A stretch of 64,000 nt of DNA. Source: Podarcis melisellensis (Eukaryota). A program made the translations under genes and the position numbers. Positions 51,139 through 64,000 of the stretch are shown one piece after another. The stretch lies in the NCBI GenBank assembly GCA_964234715.1, contig OZ174275.1; one strand, 5' to 3'. The first letter of the stretch is position 1. Every line of letters starts with the position of its first letter. A model generated the notes under the pieces. It had not been told where the DNA came from. It ran no database searches and was given only the letters and a program-made list of their open reading frames with translations.

Positions 51139-53206
51139 GTAAGTCGCCGGCGACTCCGGGAAGGCACCCTTTGCGCGCGGGCGCGATCTTGCCCTCCTCC
51201 GTTACTGAAGCCCCTTGGAGAGGTTTGGGCTCCCGCGCGGCGGCCTGCTGCTTTTTCAACCGCTGCAAAGTTTGCCCGGGTGCCGGAATCCGCCCCCTTT
51301 CCCTCTCTGCCCCGGCTCCTCGGTTTGTATTCGCGTGCGCCGAGCTAGGCCCGCCTCCTCCAAGCCCCATAGGCTCCTCTGGCCGGGCTTCTCCGCCCTC
51401 CTCATGTTGCGTAAAGGGAAGTCCCGGGTTCTGGGCGCCGCCTCCGCTTGCGATTCCTTCCTGAATGGGCTCCTCTTCGGGCTTGAAAGGAAGGCGGAGC
51501 TGATGTACCAGGAAGGGCTGTTTGCTTCTGGAGTGAAATAGATAAACGTGTGTTGGTGTGTGTATGATGCGATATGGCGGGCAAGTCCAACTCCCAAGGA
51601 CTGCCACCTACTCCCAGTATTAAAAGCTGGCAGTGACATTAGAGGGAGGAGGAGCCACAGTTGTTAAGCTTTTTTTTACGGAAGATTGATCAGAGTTGTT
51701 GACCTTTTTGGAGAGAGGACTGACCAGAGTTGTTGAGCTTTGGGGGGGCAAATGCCATACATGACAAACATTCATTCTCTGTTATTTTAATCTCAGTGCA
51801 GTTCAGCATTTTTGTTTAGACCTCATTTAGCTCTGTACATAGCTGTGTATTATAGTTGTAGATAGAATAAAAGAAGATACAGTACTCTACAGAGCTGCTC
51901 TCCAAGTCATTTATGCTCTGCTATACTCTGCTGTGCGACGACTGTCTTCTTGTTGGAGTGAATCCGGTGCTCACAACTCTAAGCTGTGAGTCCACAGCAC
52001 TTTGACCTAGTCCTGTGCAGAAGGTGGTCTCTGGAAGTGCTACCCAGCTCGCCTGGCCCAGTCGGGGCTGAAGTGGATGAGTCCAGTCGGTGGCACTGGC
52101 TCAAGGGCGATGCTGACAATATATACATATATACATATATATATGCATTTATGTATATATATGTATTTATAGGACCAGGCAGACGGTTTCTAAAGCATTA
52201 AGCGGCACTTCCTAGATTCTTCTCTGAAAGGATTTACTAAGTTGTTTCTGACAGTGACTGGAGAAATTGAGATGTGAAACCGTTAAGGCGAAATGTGTTG
52301 TATGGGAAATCCAGCCGGAAGACAAGATGTATATCATGGAGTTAGTGATCTAACATGGTTACCCTTCCTGCCTCTGTTCCTTCCCCCTCCTTAAGTTTTT
52401 GATGGTTTGAGACCAGTTTTTGATGTCCTAATCAGTTGGGCGGAGGTGAAGCCCCTCACACAGCTGCCTTAGTCTGGGAGGATAGTGCTGGAAACCTACT
52501 TTGATGTTGGAAATTATTGTGGGAAAGCAAGGCATTGGGAGGAGCTGGCAATCTATAAAATCGGATGGTTTGGGCAGAAGTTTTGAGAAGCTAGTGCAGG
52601 GATTGATCGGCTGCAGATTGAGGCGACTGGGGGAGTCACTTTGCCACTTCTTGAGGGCTTCCAAGTGGCAGATAGAAGTGCATGCTTGGTATGTATATAT
52701 TGCTTGCTGTTTAGAATTAGTCTTCTCCTCCTCACTCACTTGTGTTCTGTATCGCTTCTGAATTTCCTTTTAAAACAACCACCTTGTGTTTGGCAAGACA
52801 TTTGTGGACTTCCTCCACCTTCCTTAGCTGCTCTGATGTGAATCAAAGCCATGTAGTTTCAGAGCACTGGGGAATTCACATTCAGAAGAGAGGCATTTGC
52901 TGTAGCGTTGGTTTGATCCTCTGGGTTGAACTCAGGTCTCTATATCCACATTTTTTTCCTTGTTTGGATTAAATGGCATCTCTGTTAATTGATAAATTAC
53001 AGGGGCTGTGTTTATCTGAATTGGTTGTTAGGAATTTTTTGGGTGGTCAAGTTGTGAATTTATGGTTCCTAAAAGATGTGGGTAGCCAGTTGTTGTTTTA
53101 TTCACATATTAAATAATAATAATCCCTGGCTTTTGCCCCGAGTTGTGTAAATTATGTTGTAGGCCTGCAAGTCATGATTCTTACAATAAAGCTCTAGTAG
53201 GTGTTG

Positions 53207-53458
53207 CTGCTAGGTTGGCAGGAACAGGGACTGAGCAATGGGAGTTCGAAAGCACGTCAAAGTGCAAGTAGATAAATAGGTACCACTCTGGCGGGAAGAT
53301 CAATGGCGTTTCCATGTGCTGCTCTGGTTCGCCAGAAGTCGCTTAGTCATGCTGGCCAGAAGTTGTAAGCCGGCTCCCTCAGCCAGTAAAGTGATATGAG
53401 CGCTGCAACTCCAGAGTTGTCCGCGACTGGACCTAACGGTCAGGGGTCCCTTTACCTT
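53207..53458 (+). mobile_element. Sauria SINE with 5' truncation and 5' inversion
   Basis: TSD taggtgttgctgcta; 53207-53244 is the reverse complement of an internal SINE segment. Confidence 0.85.
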
Positions 53459-55169
53459 TAGGTGTTGCTGCTATTATTGTTAATTTATTACCCATCCTTC
53501 ATCCTGAGGTCCCAGGCTGAGTGACAACAATTAAAACACAATTTTAAAAACAACTTATGATCACCAGTATAAGGTGAACCCTAAAAACACACACCTCTGG
53601 TGTCAGTGCAAAGACTACCATTCTGAGGATACTTAAACCTATGAAAATTCCATTAATATTAAATAGGGCATGTTCTGAGTAAACATGGTTAAGTGGACTA
53701 GAACAAAGTTAATACATGTATTAATATATCTGGGGTCATGAACAAGAAGTGGCCTCGGATGCAGATAAACATTCCCATTTGCATCAGAAGGTGTATTCAG
53801 GCAGTTCAATGAGATTCAGAAGCACATTACAATGTAAATGAATATTTGCATGCAGATGTGCTGTTATCAGGATTGTGCCCAGGAGGCCCCTTACACATGC
53901 AGAACTCTTTTCTTTTGCAGGCTGATTAGGTTAGGCTTGGGCCTTGTGTAAAAGACCTGAGGTTGAACAGAGGACCTTTTGGATACCAGCAAGACTGAAA
54001 CAAGCTGCAATGATCTGACAGCCAGAAACAGTGTTTTAATTGCTTGAAAACATTCAGCCCAACTAACAGTTCTGTATAATTTGAGGCCTTTTATTTGTAT
54101 TGTGAACTTTGGTTGGCCTGCCCTATTTTACTGCTCTTCTGAGCTTAGTTCTAGTGGGCCAGTGCTACACTCTATTTTATTATCTTCACAGCTGCTTTGA
54201 GCTTCCCTGTTTTGCACACCATCATAGTTATTGGTATATGTGTGTGCTGCATATATGTATCATACCCAACAAACACTCAGTTCAATGCGAACTCTTTGAG
54301 GTTTTAAGTTAAAACCTAAATGAACCTGGAATCCAAGGGGTAGGATTTACTCTTTGTCTCTCCATTTTACCCTTTTTGGAAGCACAATGATGTGTTTGTT
54401 TGCTTATTTTTAATTAATTAGAATGAAGACAAGGAGGCCCTTCTGCTCATTCACAGAGAGAGGACATTCAGGAACAGACAGATTGCCAAATAGCGCTGCA
54501 GGCAACAAATTGGAGACTTTGGGGCAGTTATTCTTGACCACAAAACTAGCAAGTAATATGATGTTTATCTTGTAGCATTTCTCTTTCTATAAATAAGACA
54601 TAAGATCAGGCAAATGGGCCATCTAGTTCAGCATCTTGTTCTCATGGTGGCCAGCCAGTTACAAGCAAGACCTGAGCCACAAGAGCACTCTCCCCTCCTG
54701 TAGTTTCCAGCAACTAGTATTCAGAAGTATACAGACTCCAACTGTGGAGGCCCAACATAGCTGTTATGTTATGCTATGCCAGCCGGACCCACCTCTATAT
54801 GCTTGTTGACACTCTCAAAGAACTCTTTTAAAATATTAGTTTATTGATTTTTTTAGAATCCAGCAGCAAAACAAATCAATAGGGTGTACAAATAAATCAA
54901 AGGAAAACAAAAGGCCATAACTGTGACTGAGTGAAGTACAGGGACCCCCTGTTTTGTGCAGGGGTTGTGTTCCAGGTCATCATGTTTATACCCCGTTATG
55001 GGCTCTTCCCGGTCTGAAAACAGCCTGCGCATGTACTGCCACACATTCTTTGAACGCGCGCAAGTTGCCTGTACTGTACATAGTTTGTTTACATCATTTT
55101 CTTCATCTGCAGTATGAAGATATAAATATGGAACTCTAATAGGGCTGTGAGACACGACTTGCACTTGCA

Positions 55170-55690
55170 TAAGCCATGCTGATTCTGTTTGTTTTCTTTA
55201 TCTTTAGCAATACTTTCCACCAGTTTTCCTGAGACAGATTTTAAGCTAACCAGCCTGTAATTTCCAGGATCTCCCTGGATCCCCCCCCTTTTAAAAAGTT
55301 GTTACATTGCCCACTTTCTGGTTCTCTGGTATGGAGCCTGATCTGAGGAGCAAGTTACATATTTTTGTTAGAAGGTAAACTATTTCACACTTGAGGTTTT
55401 TTAAAAGAAGACTCTGGTGAATGCCTTCTTTACTTGACAATTTGTCAGTTTTATATTTTGTCTTTTTGGCCTAGATTTCACCATCACTTTCTGCCTCAGT
55501 TCCTCTGACTCACTTCCTGCAAAAGTTGGTTCAGGCCCTGGGATCTGTGCTATATCCTCCATTGTGAAGGTGAATGCAAATCATTCATTCAGTTTCTCTG
55601 CAATCTCTTTATTCTCCTTCAGCAGTTGTTTTTACTCCTGTCCACTAGGGGCTCAACAGCCTCTCTGGATTCTCTCTGGCTACTAATGTA
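55170..55690 (-). mobile_element. Degenerate CR1 ORF2 fragment
   Basis: Reverse complement contains gatcctggaaattacaggctggttagctta (DPGNYR.VSL motif). Confidence 0.65.
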
Positions 55691-55694
55691 TTTA

Positions 55695-55920
55695 CAGTGG
55701 TACCTCGGGTTAAGAATTCGTTCTGGTGGTCCGTTCTTAACCTGAAACTGTTCTTAACCTGAGGTACCACTTTAGCCAATGGGGCCTCCTGCTGCCACCA
55801 TGCGATTTCTGTTCTCATCCTGAACTAAAGTTCTTAATCCGAGGTGCTGTTTCTGGGTTAGAGGAGTCTGTAACCTGAAGCATCTATAACCTGAAGGGTA
55901 TGTAACCCGAGGTACCACTG
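55695..55920. mobile_element. Tc1/mariner MITE
   Basis: TIRs and TA TSD. Confidence 0.9.
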
Positions 55921-56521
55921 TACTGCAATGTGCAAATAACTGAGAGAAAGACTATATAGTGGCTGGAACCTAAGAATCGGGAAGTCCAGCGATGCCTCAG
56001 TAGTACTAAGTTGGGCAAAGAAGTTCTCCTCAAAGCACCAGCCCCATGGCTGTTCCAGGAATTGAACAGCTACAATGCCCAGGTCAGGTGGTTAGAAATG
56101 ATCCTGCGATTCAGTTCTTCACACAGACATGTGGGTGGATGACAGTGAGAAATGCTCTCACTCAGGAGGAGATATTGGGTGGAATTGCCTTCCCTTGCTA
56201 ATGTCAGCTGTGGCTCATTTTGACTGTCATTATGCAGTTTATCCAATTTACTTGATTGCATTGCAGTATTGGATCTCTGAGTGAGTAGGAAGGATGAGAA
56301 GATCACTTGCACAATGTTGAATTTCATCCTTGGTGATAAAATGTTAACTCTATGGCAACATTAGAAACTATACAATTTCTCATGGTTTGTGTGAAATATT
56401 ATGGCACCAGGTAGGCAGAAATATGTTTTGAGCACTTATTAACTAAACCTATTAACTATTAACTAAACCTATCAAATACATCTGTGCCAGTCTGCATGAA
56501 TAAGGCTTTAGATGCCTGGAT

Positions 56522-56581
56522 GGATAGACAGATAGACAGATAGATAGATAGACAGATAGATAGACAGATAGATAGATAGAT
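56522..56581. repeat. (GATA/GACA)n microsatellite
   Basis: Directly visible. Confidence 0.95.
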
Positions 56582-56844
56582 TACTTGGCAGAGACCATGG
56601 TCAATAATCAGTTTAGCTCTATTAGCAGTACATAAATTTCTTACCGTATTTAGTAGTAGACTGCAACCTTTCTGCTGTTCCAAGCTGAAGTCAATAGGAC
56701 TGACTTCCATAGAGTAGCATTGCATAGAGTAGCACTGTTAGTTGCTTAAGGGAATTGGTTGTGCCTGCTCACATCTGCTGCACCCCTCGTCAACCCCCCC
56801 CAAAAACCCAGTAAGAAGGTTGCTTTGTCATATATGTGCTAAAT

Positions 56845-56863
56845 TGGCCACTGGATGGCAGTA
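56845..56863 (+). promoter_or_regulatory. Candidate CTCF site
   Basis: tggccactggatggcagta. Confidence 0.45.
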
Positions 56864-57067
56864 TAATGCTGCTTTAATATATTTTAAAAACTGATAAAAG
56901 AACAAAACATGTCTAAACATGCTGTCTTCACAGGTGAGTATCAGATTTATGTAGCATGGATGGGGAAAGCATTTAGTAGAGAAAATGAAATACCATATTT
57001 ACTGAGAAGAAGTTGTATTTATTTTCTTTAGAAAAGCCAACTACTACCTACCCCCATTCGGTCAATA

Positions 57068-57308
57068 CAGTGGTACCTCAGGTTACAAACTTAATTCATT
57101 CTATAGGTCCATTCTTAACCCGAAACCGTTCTTAACCCGAGGCGTGCGTTTGCTAATGGGGCCTTCCACTGCCGCTGTGCTGTTGGCGCGCGGTTTCCAT
57201 TCTTATCCTGGGGCAAACTTTGTAACCCAAGGTACTACTTCTGAGTTAGCAGAGTTTGTAACCCGAAGTGTTTGTAACCCAAGGTGTTTGTAACCCGAGG
57301 TACTGCTG
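57068..57308. mobile_element. Tc1/mariner MITE
   Basis: TIRs and TA TSD. Confidence 0.85.
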
Positions 57309-58179
57309 TATAGCTCTCCAAGGCAGCTCACTTACAGTAATTAAAAATAGCCATTTTAATAAAACAACACAAAATTAAAATTGACAATTTACCAAAAAAA
57401 TGTCGCTGACAACAGCAATACATCCTGCATAAGATTTTCACAATTTTTATGTTGCCAAAGCTGAGGTGTGAATAATTGTCATCTAGAAAGTGATGCCATA
57501 GGTTCTTGACAGATGAGAAGAAGTGGGAGAGCAGCTTGATGTATATCTTGAAAATGGATTGTACCTTTGTTTCTGTTTAAGCATTGATGCAAGGATAAAA
57601 GAGTCCCAATTCCATCTGCCAGTTCCTATACCTTTTACCTTTGCTGTGTGCCTTCAACTGCAATGCTCATGTTTCCCGGCAGAAAATATCACTAGTGGTG
57701 TCCCTTTGTAGCCAATGAGGAGCTATAAATGTTACTGCTAGCATCATTTCCCGGGGTTGGGGGTGGGATTCTAGTTTGACATTTCTTTTCCTCACCCCCC
57801 ACCCTCAGTGGGAAAACAGTGCTGCCAGCTTCACTGCCAACATCTTTTCACATTTGTAGGAGGAGGAGTCCTCCCCCAGCTTCTTTCATCTTTGAAGGAG
57901 CCCTCCACTGCCCTGCTATTCCAACCCTGTTCCCTAAAGTGACACCCCCCTCCATGGGTGAAGAGGTTCAGTGTCCACAGCCCAGAGACTCATTAGGATG
58001 GCCTCATCAGAAGATCTTAACACACTAGCAAGTTCATGTAGAAGCAGGTAGCCCTTCATATAACTTACCCATATTCAGCCAAATGTGCCCAGGAAATGCA
58101 TTTGTATAAGCATTGTTCTGCAACACCTGAATGGATAGTGAAATTTTAGATAGGAAATTTAGTGTGTTATTGGTGACAG

Positions 58180-58213
<34 letters not shown>

Positions 58214-59056
58214 GCATTTTCAATCATTTCCAAACTTATTTGGCAAGTTCATTTCCTGCTTTGCGTACTATTTGCACTTCTTAAAGAGCCAAACTACATG
58301 TTACATTAAGATATCTTAAAAAGTGCATTTAATGTTGGCTCCTTGGTTTTTCATGGAAATGCAGAAGCATACCCCACCTGACCCAGTTGAGAGCATAACA
58401 AGTTGGGAGGTAGGGATCAACCATTTCTTTCCAATGCCAGATGGCAGCTGAAAATCACTCTGCTACTATTTGCCCTTAAAAGTGCTGTGGGAGAGCAGCT
58501 GAGCTGGGATCTTTTGACATTTTTTGTCTCCAGACAGGCACAAGAAGGAAAAACTTAACCCTCCCTTCCTCTCCATACTTCGCAGTCTGGATCAGGTTCC
58601 ATTTTTTAAAAAAAAGAAGAAAAAGAAATCTAGCATGCTAAAATATAATTTCCGGAAGTTCAGTTATGAAGAGTGCAATATTAGACCAGTATTCTGAAGC
58701 TGTTTTGCACTAAAACTTGCTTTATTTAAGAAAGTGTGCTTTGTAGGCATAAACTGCAACCCAGTATTAGATGGGAATCAAATTGCTTCAGGAAGCTTTA
58801 TAGCTGTATATAGCTTTTGTGTTTGTGACTCATTTGGGCAAATAGTTCACCATGCACATGTGTTAAGGGCAGAATGACAAACAGGTCTATCTCTCTAGTC
58901 TAGAGGATACTGAAGGAAGTAAAAGGTAGCATTGTGGTGAAAACCTGGCATTTGTTTTCATTGTAGCACAACAGACAGCAAGATGTTCAACCAAATTTGA
59001 CATAAAACACACGGATACATAATGGCAATTTATCCTCTTGTATAAGCAAGATACAT

Positions 59057-59423
59057 GGGACGCGGGTGGCGCTGTGGGTTAAACCACAGAGCCTAGGACT
59101 TGCTGATCGAAAGGTTGGTGGTTCGAATCCCCGCAGCGGGGTGAGCTCCCGTCGTTCGGTCCCAGCTCCTGCCCACCTAGCAGTTCGAAAGCACCCTTAA
59201 GTGCAAGTAGATAAATAGGGACTGCTTTATAGCGGGAAGGTAAACGCCGTTTCCATGTGCTGCTCTGGTGCCGGTTCGCTAGAGCAGCTTCGTCACGCTG
59301 GCCATGTGACCCGGAAGTGTCTGCGGACAGCGCCGGCTCCCGGCCTCTTGAGCGAGATGAGCGCGCAACCCTAGAGTCGGTCACGACTGGCCCGTACGGG
59401 CAGGGGTACCTTTTTACCTTTTT
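59057..59423 (+). mobile_element. Sauria SINE, full length
   Basis: Full-length match; flanking repeat tataagcaagat. Confidence 0.9.
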
Positions 59424-60319
59424 TATAAGCAAGATCTGTCATATCCCCACCCCTACTCCTTGGTAGCTGCTTTTAAAGTAAAAAAGGGGAGGGGAAAGCT
59501 GTGATTTCAAATCACAGACCTCCCACATCAACCCGGTTTTCAGCTCTTATCGAGGATTTGGAAGCAACAGGTTCAATCCAATTTCCAAATTTACTTCAGT
59601 GGAAGAAATTGAAGGTGTTACCAGGTGGGGGACTAATTTGCAAATGGTAGCAGGTTCCTCTTCCTCTGCCCCAATTTAATGGATCAACCCTTCAAAATGA
59701 ATATTAAAGGGGGGGGATATGGACTGGCATTTTGCTGCCAATCATGCCACGTGGACAGTGTAAAAAGCTTGCATGCATGAGAACCACCAATCTCATGATC
59801 AACACCCATCTGGATGCAGCCATAGAAACACTTAGGTGAAGCTGACTGCTGAAGAATGACTAACGTGACAAGAGTTTCCACATTTGCCATCCCAAGCTGT
59901 TCCTGAAAATAGAAGCACAGTATTGCTGTTACTTTAGCTGTAGTGGTGGCTCCTAGGTGCTTGCTTGTAATATTAGCGGTTACAGTGCAAAAAAAGCCAC
60001 TTTACAAAGTGCAATGTTAAGAATATGTGGGTCGTGGCTCTCTTCTTTAGACACTCCTTATAACAACCATGTATTATAACCTTTATATCAAGATCTTTTT
60101 CCAAGGAGCTAAAGATCCTCCCCTCTCCCCATTGTTATCTCCCAATGACCCATTGAGTTGAGTTGGTTAGTTGGATTGAGAAACAGTGACTAACCCACAG
60201 TTATCAAATTTCCTGGCTCAAGACTCAAGAGGAGATTTCAACCTGACTCTTCCTGTTCCTAGTCCAACAATCAGATCCCTACACCTGGTTCGGTATGGTA
60301 GGACATTGTTAATATGGTT

Positions 60320-60702
60320 CCCAAGCAGAATTCAAAGTGTTGGTGCTGACCTTTAGTGCCCTAAATGGCCTCGGCCCAGTATACCTGAAGGAGCGTCTCC
60401 ACCCCCATCGTTATCCCAGACACTGAGATTCAGTGCTGAGGGCTTTGTGGCGGTTCCCTCACTGTGAGAAGCTAAGTTACAGGGAACCAGGCAGAGGGCC
60501 TTCTCAGTAGTGGCCTGTGGAACACCCTCCTAGCAGATGTTAAAGAAATAAACAAGCATATGACGTTTAGAAGACATCTGAAGGCAGCCTTGTTTAGGGA
60601 AGTTTTTAATGATTGATGTTTTAATGTATTTTTAATCTTTTGTTGGAAGGCGCCCAGAGTGGCTGGGGAAACCCAGCCATATGTGTGGGGTTTAAAAACT
60701 AA

Positions 60703-60753
<51 letters not shown>
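60320..60753 (+). mobile_element. L2-clade LINE 3' end with (TTA)n tail
   Basis: Encodes FKVLVLTF.ALNGLGPVYLKERL, then cccagagtggctgggg 3'UTR and a microsatellite tail. Confidence 0.8.
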
Positions 60754-60906
60754 GTTAACAGGATGAACATGGGCAAAGTTGCAGTGGCTGATGGAATCCA
60801 ACAATATCTGGAGGCCCGCAATTTTCTCATCCCTGGCCAAAGACTGCTTAGTGAGGCAGAAATGATATTCAAACTGTCACTCAACCATTGCTCTATAGTA
60901 ACTCTT

Positions 60907-61013
60907 GTTGTTGTTGTTGTTTAGTCGTTTAGTCGTGTCTGACTCTTCATGACCCCATGGACCAGAGAACACCAGGCACCTCTGTCCCCCACTGCCTCCC
61001 GCAGTTTGGTCAA
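60907..61013 (-). mobile_element. BovB extreme 3' end
   Basis: (GTT)n followed by tagtcgtttagtcgtgtctgactc; TSD agtaactctt. Confidence 0.85.
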
Positions 61014-61139
61014 AGTAACTCTTCTATGTAAGATCAGAACCATCATTAAAAACTATTGACATTGTGCTTACAATTAAGAAAGCACCATGAGTACTGTGGC
61101 TGCATAGAACATTTCTGTTTACACAGGGCTTTTCTGATA

Positions 61140-61337
61140 TAGTGGTACCTCGGGTTGCATACGCTTCAGATTACATACGCTTCAGGTTACAGACTCCGCT
61201 AACCCAGAAATAGTGCTCCAGCGGCGCAGCAGCAGCAGGAGGCCCCATTAGCTAAAATGGTGCTTCAGGTTAAGAACAGTTTCAGGTTAAGTACACACCT
61301 CCGGAACAAATTAAGTACTTAACCCGAGGTACCACTG
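61140..61337. mobile_element. Tc1/mariner MITE with internal deletion
   Basis: TIRs and TA TSD. Confidence 0.85.
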
Positions 61338-63655
61338 TATATGGCTTCACTGTTGGTTAGTGTGTATCACTGTCCAGATTTTGACTATTTTTATTCTGTT
61401 TTATGAATGTGTTACATTCACTGCCCGGATACTGTTTATTGTGTGGTAGCCAATGTAAGTGCCCTGCCCATGTCATTGACTGGTAGGGAGGTGTGTGAGG
61501 GGGGAGGGGAAGAATGAGGCATGGGGCTTCTTTGGGTGGTAGTGTTGTTCAAGCATTATGTGTTCTTGAATGATATATCCTATTGATTCAAGCAGGTGAG
61601 TTAAGTGTAGCTGCACTGGTATGGTATGGAATCCACATGGTATGGAGCCGGGGAACTCAAAGGGACAGATGCCACACATTGTTTGTAGCTGTTGAAGTGT
61701 TTTGCTTTGACTGATTATGTTCCTTTAGAAATAGATAAATAAATAAATATTGTTGCTCCCTCAGTACCTCTGTTATATTACATTAGTACAGGCCTTCAAA
61801 TATTAAAATTGTCAGAGCACTAGTCTTGTTTCTCAAGTACTGAACAGGGGATATTACCCAAAATTAGAGTAAATATAAATCAATGTCATATTCTTGGTAT
61901 GAAATTATGTTACTTTAATGTCAATAAACTTTAAATTCAGACTTTTCTTATTAGAATAAATGTTTCCTCTTAAAATGCATGATAATCACAATCAAGACTA
62001 AATTTGTTCTGTTATTTATTTTTTAAATGATTGTACATGTTTAGCAGACTTTTGATTTAAATCCCTGTGGATATATTGGAGACAGATGTTTAGATGACCT
62101 CATGTTTAAAGTAATGTTATATTTGGACACCAGATTAAATTTTCTTTAAAATCTTTCCTTATAAGAGAGGCCGTTAGAAGGTAATCAATAATTTACCTTA
62201 GAAACATGCCATTTTATTGAATGATATTCTTAACATTTGTAGGTGTGTCTTTTATACATATAAAATCTATATTTCAGAAAAGTTCTGATTATGCAACAGT
62301 TGTTTACATATGAAAATAATGTTTCTGGCTGGAAGATTAAATGAGAAACAGATTTCTGAAGTCCCTTGAATTTGAATGCAAATTTGCCATATCATTCTGA
62401 CTCCCCCCCCCCCACCTCAACTTTGGTAAATGGCTGCAATAAGCTTTTAATAGTACTGGTGGGAGAAGACTCATTAATTTTGAATTGTAAATATCTTACA
62501 ACTGATTTCTTTTTTCTTTTAAAAAGCACAATCCTAACCACGTTTGCTCTGAAGTAAGGCCAACTGACAAGTGTGCTTGGGATTTTAAGCAATCCTGTAA
62601 TTACTTTTAAGTAACACAACAGTAGGCTGGTATGCCAAGTTTTAAAAATCAAAAAACTGTACCCACCAATTATAATAATTGGTCTATAATAATTAGAAAT
62701 ACATAGTGTTACTTGGGCGTTAAAATGATAAATTGATCTAAATTGAAATACTCTGTTGGAGGCCTTCTCTTTTGTGTGTTTTGTCATAAGCAAAGTTTGT
62801 GCAACTAGTATGTAAATTTTTGCAGCTCTCATTAAAATGCCGGCATTAATTTGGAGAACTGCACACATTTCTTATAGTTCACTGTAGTAAATAGTGTTTC
62901 TTAGCTTTGAGTGCCATAGCATTAGTTATTCAATTTTATCTAAAAACAAAAGAGAAAGGTTGCAATATATGCTAATAAGAGTGTTTTGCAACCAAGAAGT
63001 ATGATACATACATCTAAGGTTGCCAAACTGGCAAGAAAAAAAGTTGGCCTGCACCATTTTTATTTATTTTTCTTTGGGGCCAGTTGCCTGAAAAACTGGA
63101 GGCTGGCTCCCTCCTCTGTCACTTTATTTTAACTGTACAGCTTAGAGGAATAGTGCTGTCTCCTTCCCCACACCTGCCAAAAAGACTGCATAAGATCCAG
63201 CAAAGAAACAGGACTAATGTTTTTTTCCCCCTGTTTTTCCGACCTCATGCTGGGCACGGCTGCAGTTGCACAGATACATCACTGCCTGCCAACAGTACAG
63301 AAACCTACTAGAAAATAAGTTCAGCCTTTCCTCCTCTGAGGTTCAGCTGTATGCAGACTGCTGGAATTTGTCTGGTTGAAGGTCTGTCTTGTCCTCTAGA
63401 TTGCAAGCGGCCTTTCCCAACCCGGCCAATGGTCAGATGGGATGTAAATCACATTAAGACATTGCGGTATAAAGCGATACATAAAGAGTAGTATAATAAT
63501 TAAAGCTGGAGTCCAATATATCTGGAGGACACAAGCCTGGGGAAGTCTTGGGGAAGGGAAACATCCTTGCATTTGCATCTATTGGGATCCCTGGAAAAAG
63601 CCAAAGGAGGAACAGGGACCAGTTGGAGGCAGCAAGCAAGAGATTGAAAAGAATA

Positions 63656-63880
63656 CAGTGGTACCTCGGGTTACAGATGCTTCAGGTTACAGACTCCGCT
63701 AACCCAGAAATAGTACCTCGGGTTAAGAACTTTGCTTCAGGATGAGAACAGAAATCGCACAGCAGCGGTGTGGCAGCAGCGGGAGGCCCCATTAGCTAAA
63801 ATGGTGCTTCGATTAAGAACAGTTTCAGGTTAAGAACGGACCTCCAGAACGAATTAAGTTCTTAACCCAAGGTACCACTG
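63656..63880. mobile_element. Tc1/mariner MITE
   Basis: TIRs and TA TSD. Confidence 0.9.
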
Positions 63881-64000
63881 TACTGCCAACTTTTTTCAGC
63901 TTCCCCCCTCCCAGTTCTTGGTGCCCCCACTGTAAACAGTTTGAGATCCACCTGCTGAGCCAAGTAACTGCAGAAATTGGGACAATACTGTCACCTCCCA

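Larger units (their letters stand above)
50450..51500 (+). promoter_or_regulatory. CpG-island promoter of a plus-strand gene
   Basis: About 1 kb with very high GC and CpG content, containing a (GA)n tract, GC boxes and a consensus donor. Confidence 0.8.

Noticed and set aside
50562-51639. Long overlapping ORFs (up to 255 aa) in the CpG island
   Set aside because: Expected from stop-codon depletion in GC-rich DNA and the (GA)n tract; several frames are open on both strands and no domain is recognisable.

Overview
This is vertebrate genomic DNA, almost certainly from a squamate and probably a lacertid lizard. The evidence is Sauria SINEs, BovB 3' ends, and lizard-type L2, CR1, L1, Tc1/mariner and hAT MITE repeats. 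It is not prokaryotic, and nearly all entries in the ORF track are spurious or repeat-derived. Two CpG-island promoters point away from each other. One at ~44.6-44.9 kb drives a minus-strand multi-exon gene. The other at ~50.5-51.5 kb drives a plus-strand gene whose first exon ends at 51138; I could not confirm its coding exons. The five N-runs (3082-3510, 3611-3746, 3825-3956, 14069-14344, 16299-16471) fall inside phase-compatible minus-strand exons with canonical splice sites, so they look like masked coding sequence rather than random gaps. The reconstructed product reads MSESKF...KLMEF-K-CIKEHA..., followed by a ~0.9 kb last exon, about 470 aa in total; I could not name it. Notable repeat-borne features: three Penelope-like insertions carrying minimal hammerhead ribozymes (two as long fold-backs), a Sauria SINE with a twin-priming-type 5' inversion, a 5S-rRNA-headed/CR1-tailed SINE, nested LTRs, an inverted pair of hAT elements beside the two promoters, and candidate recursive (AG|GT) splice sites.
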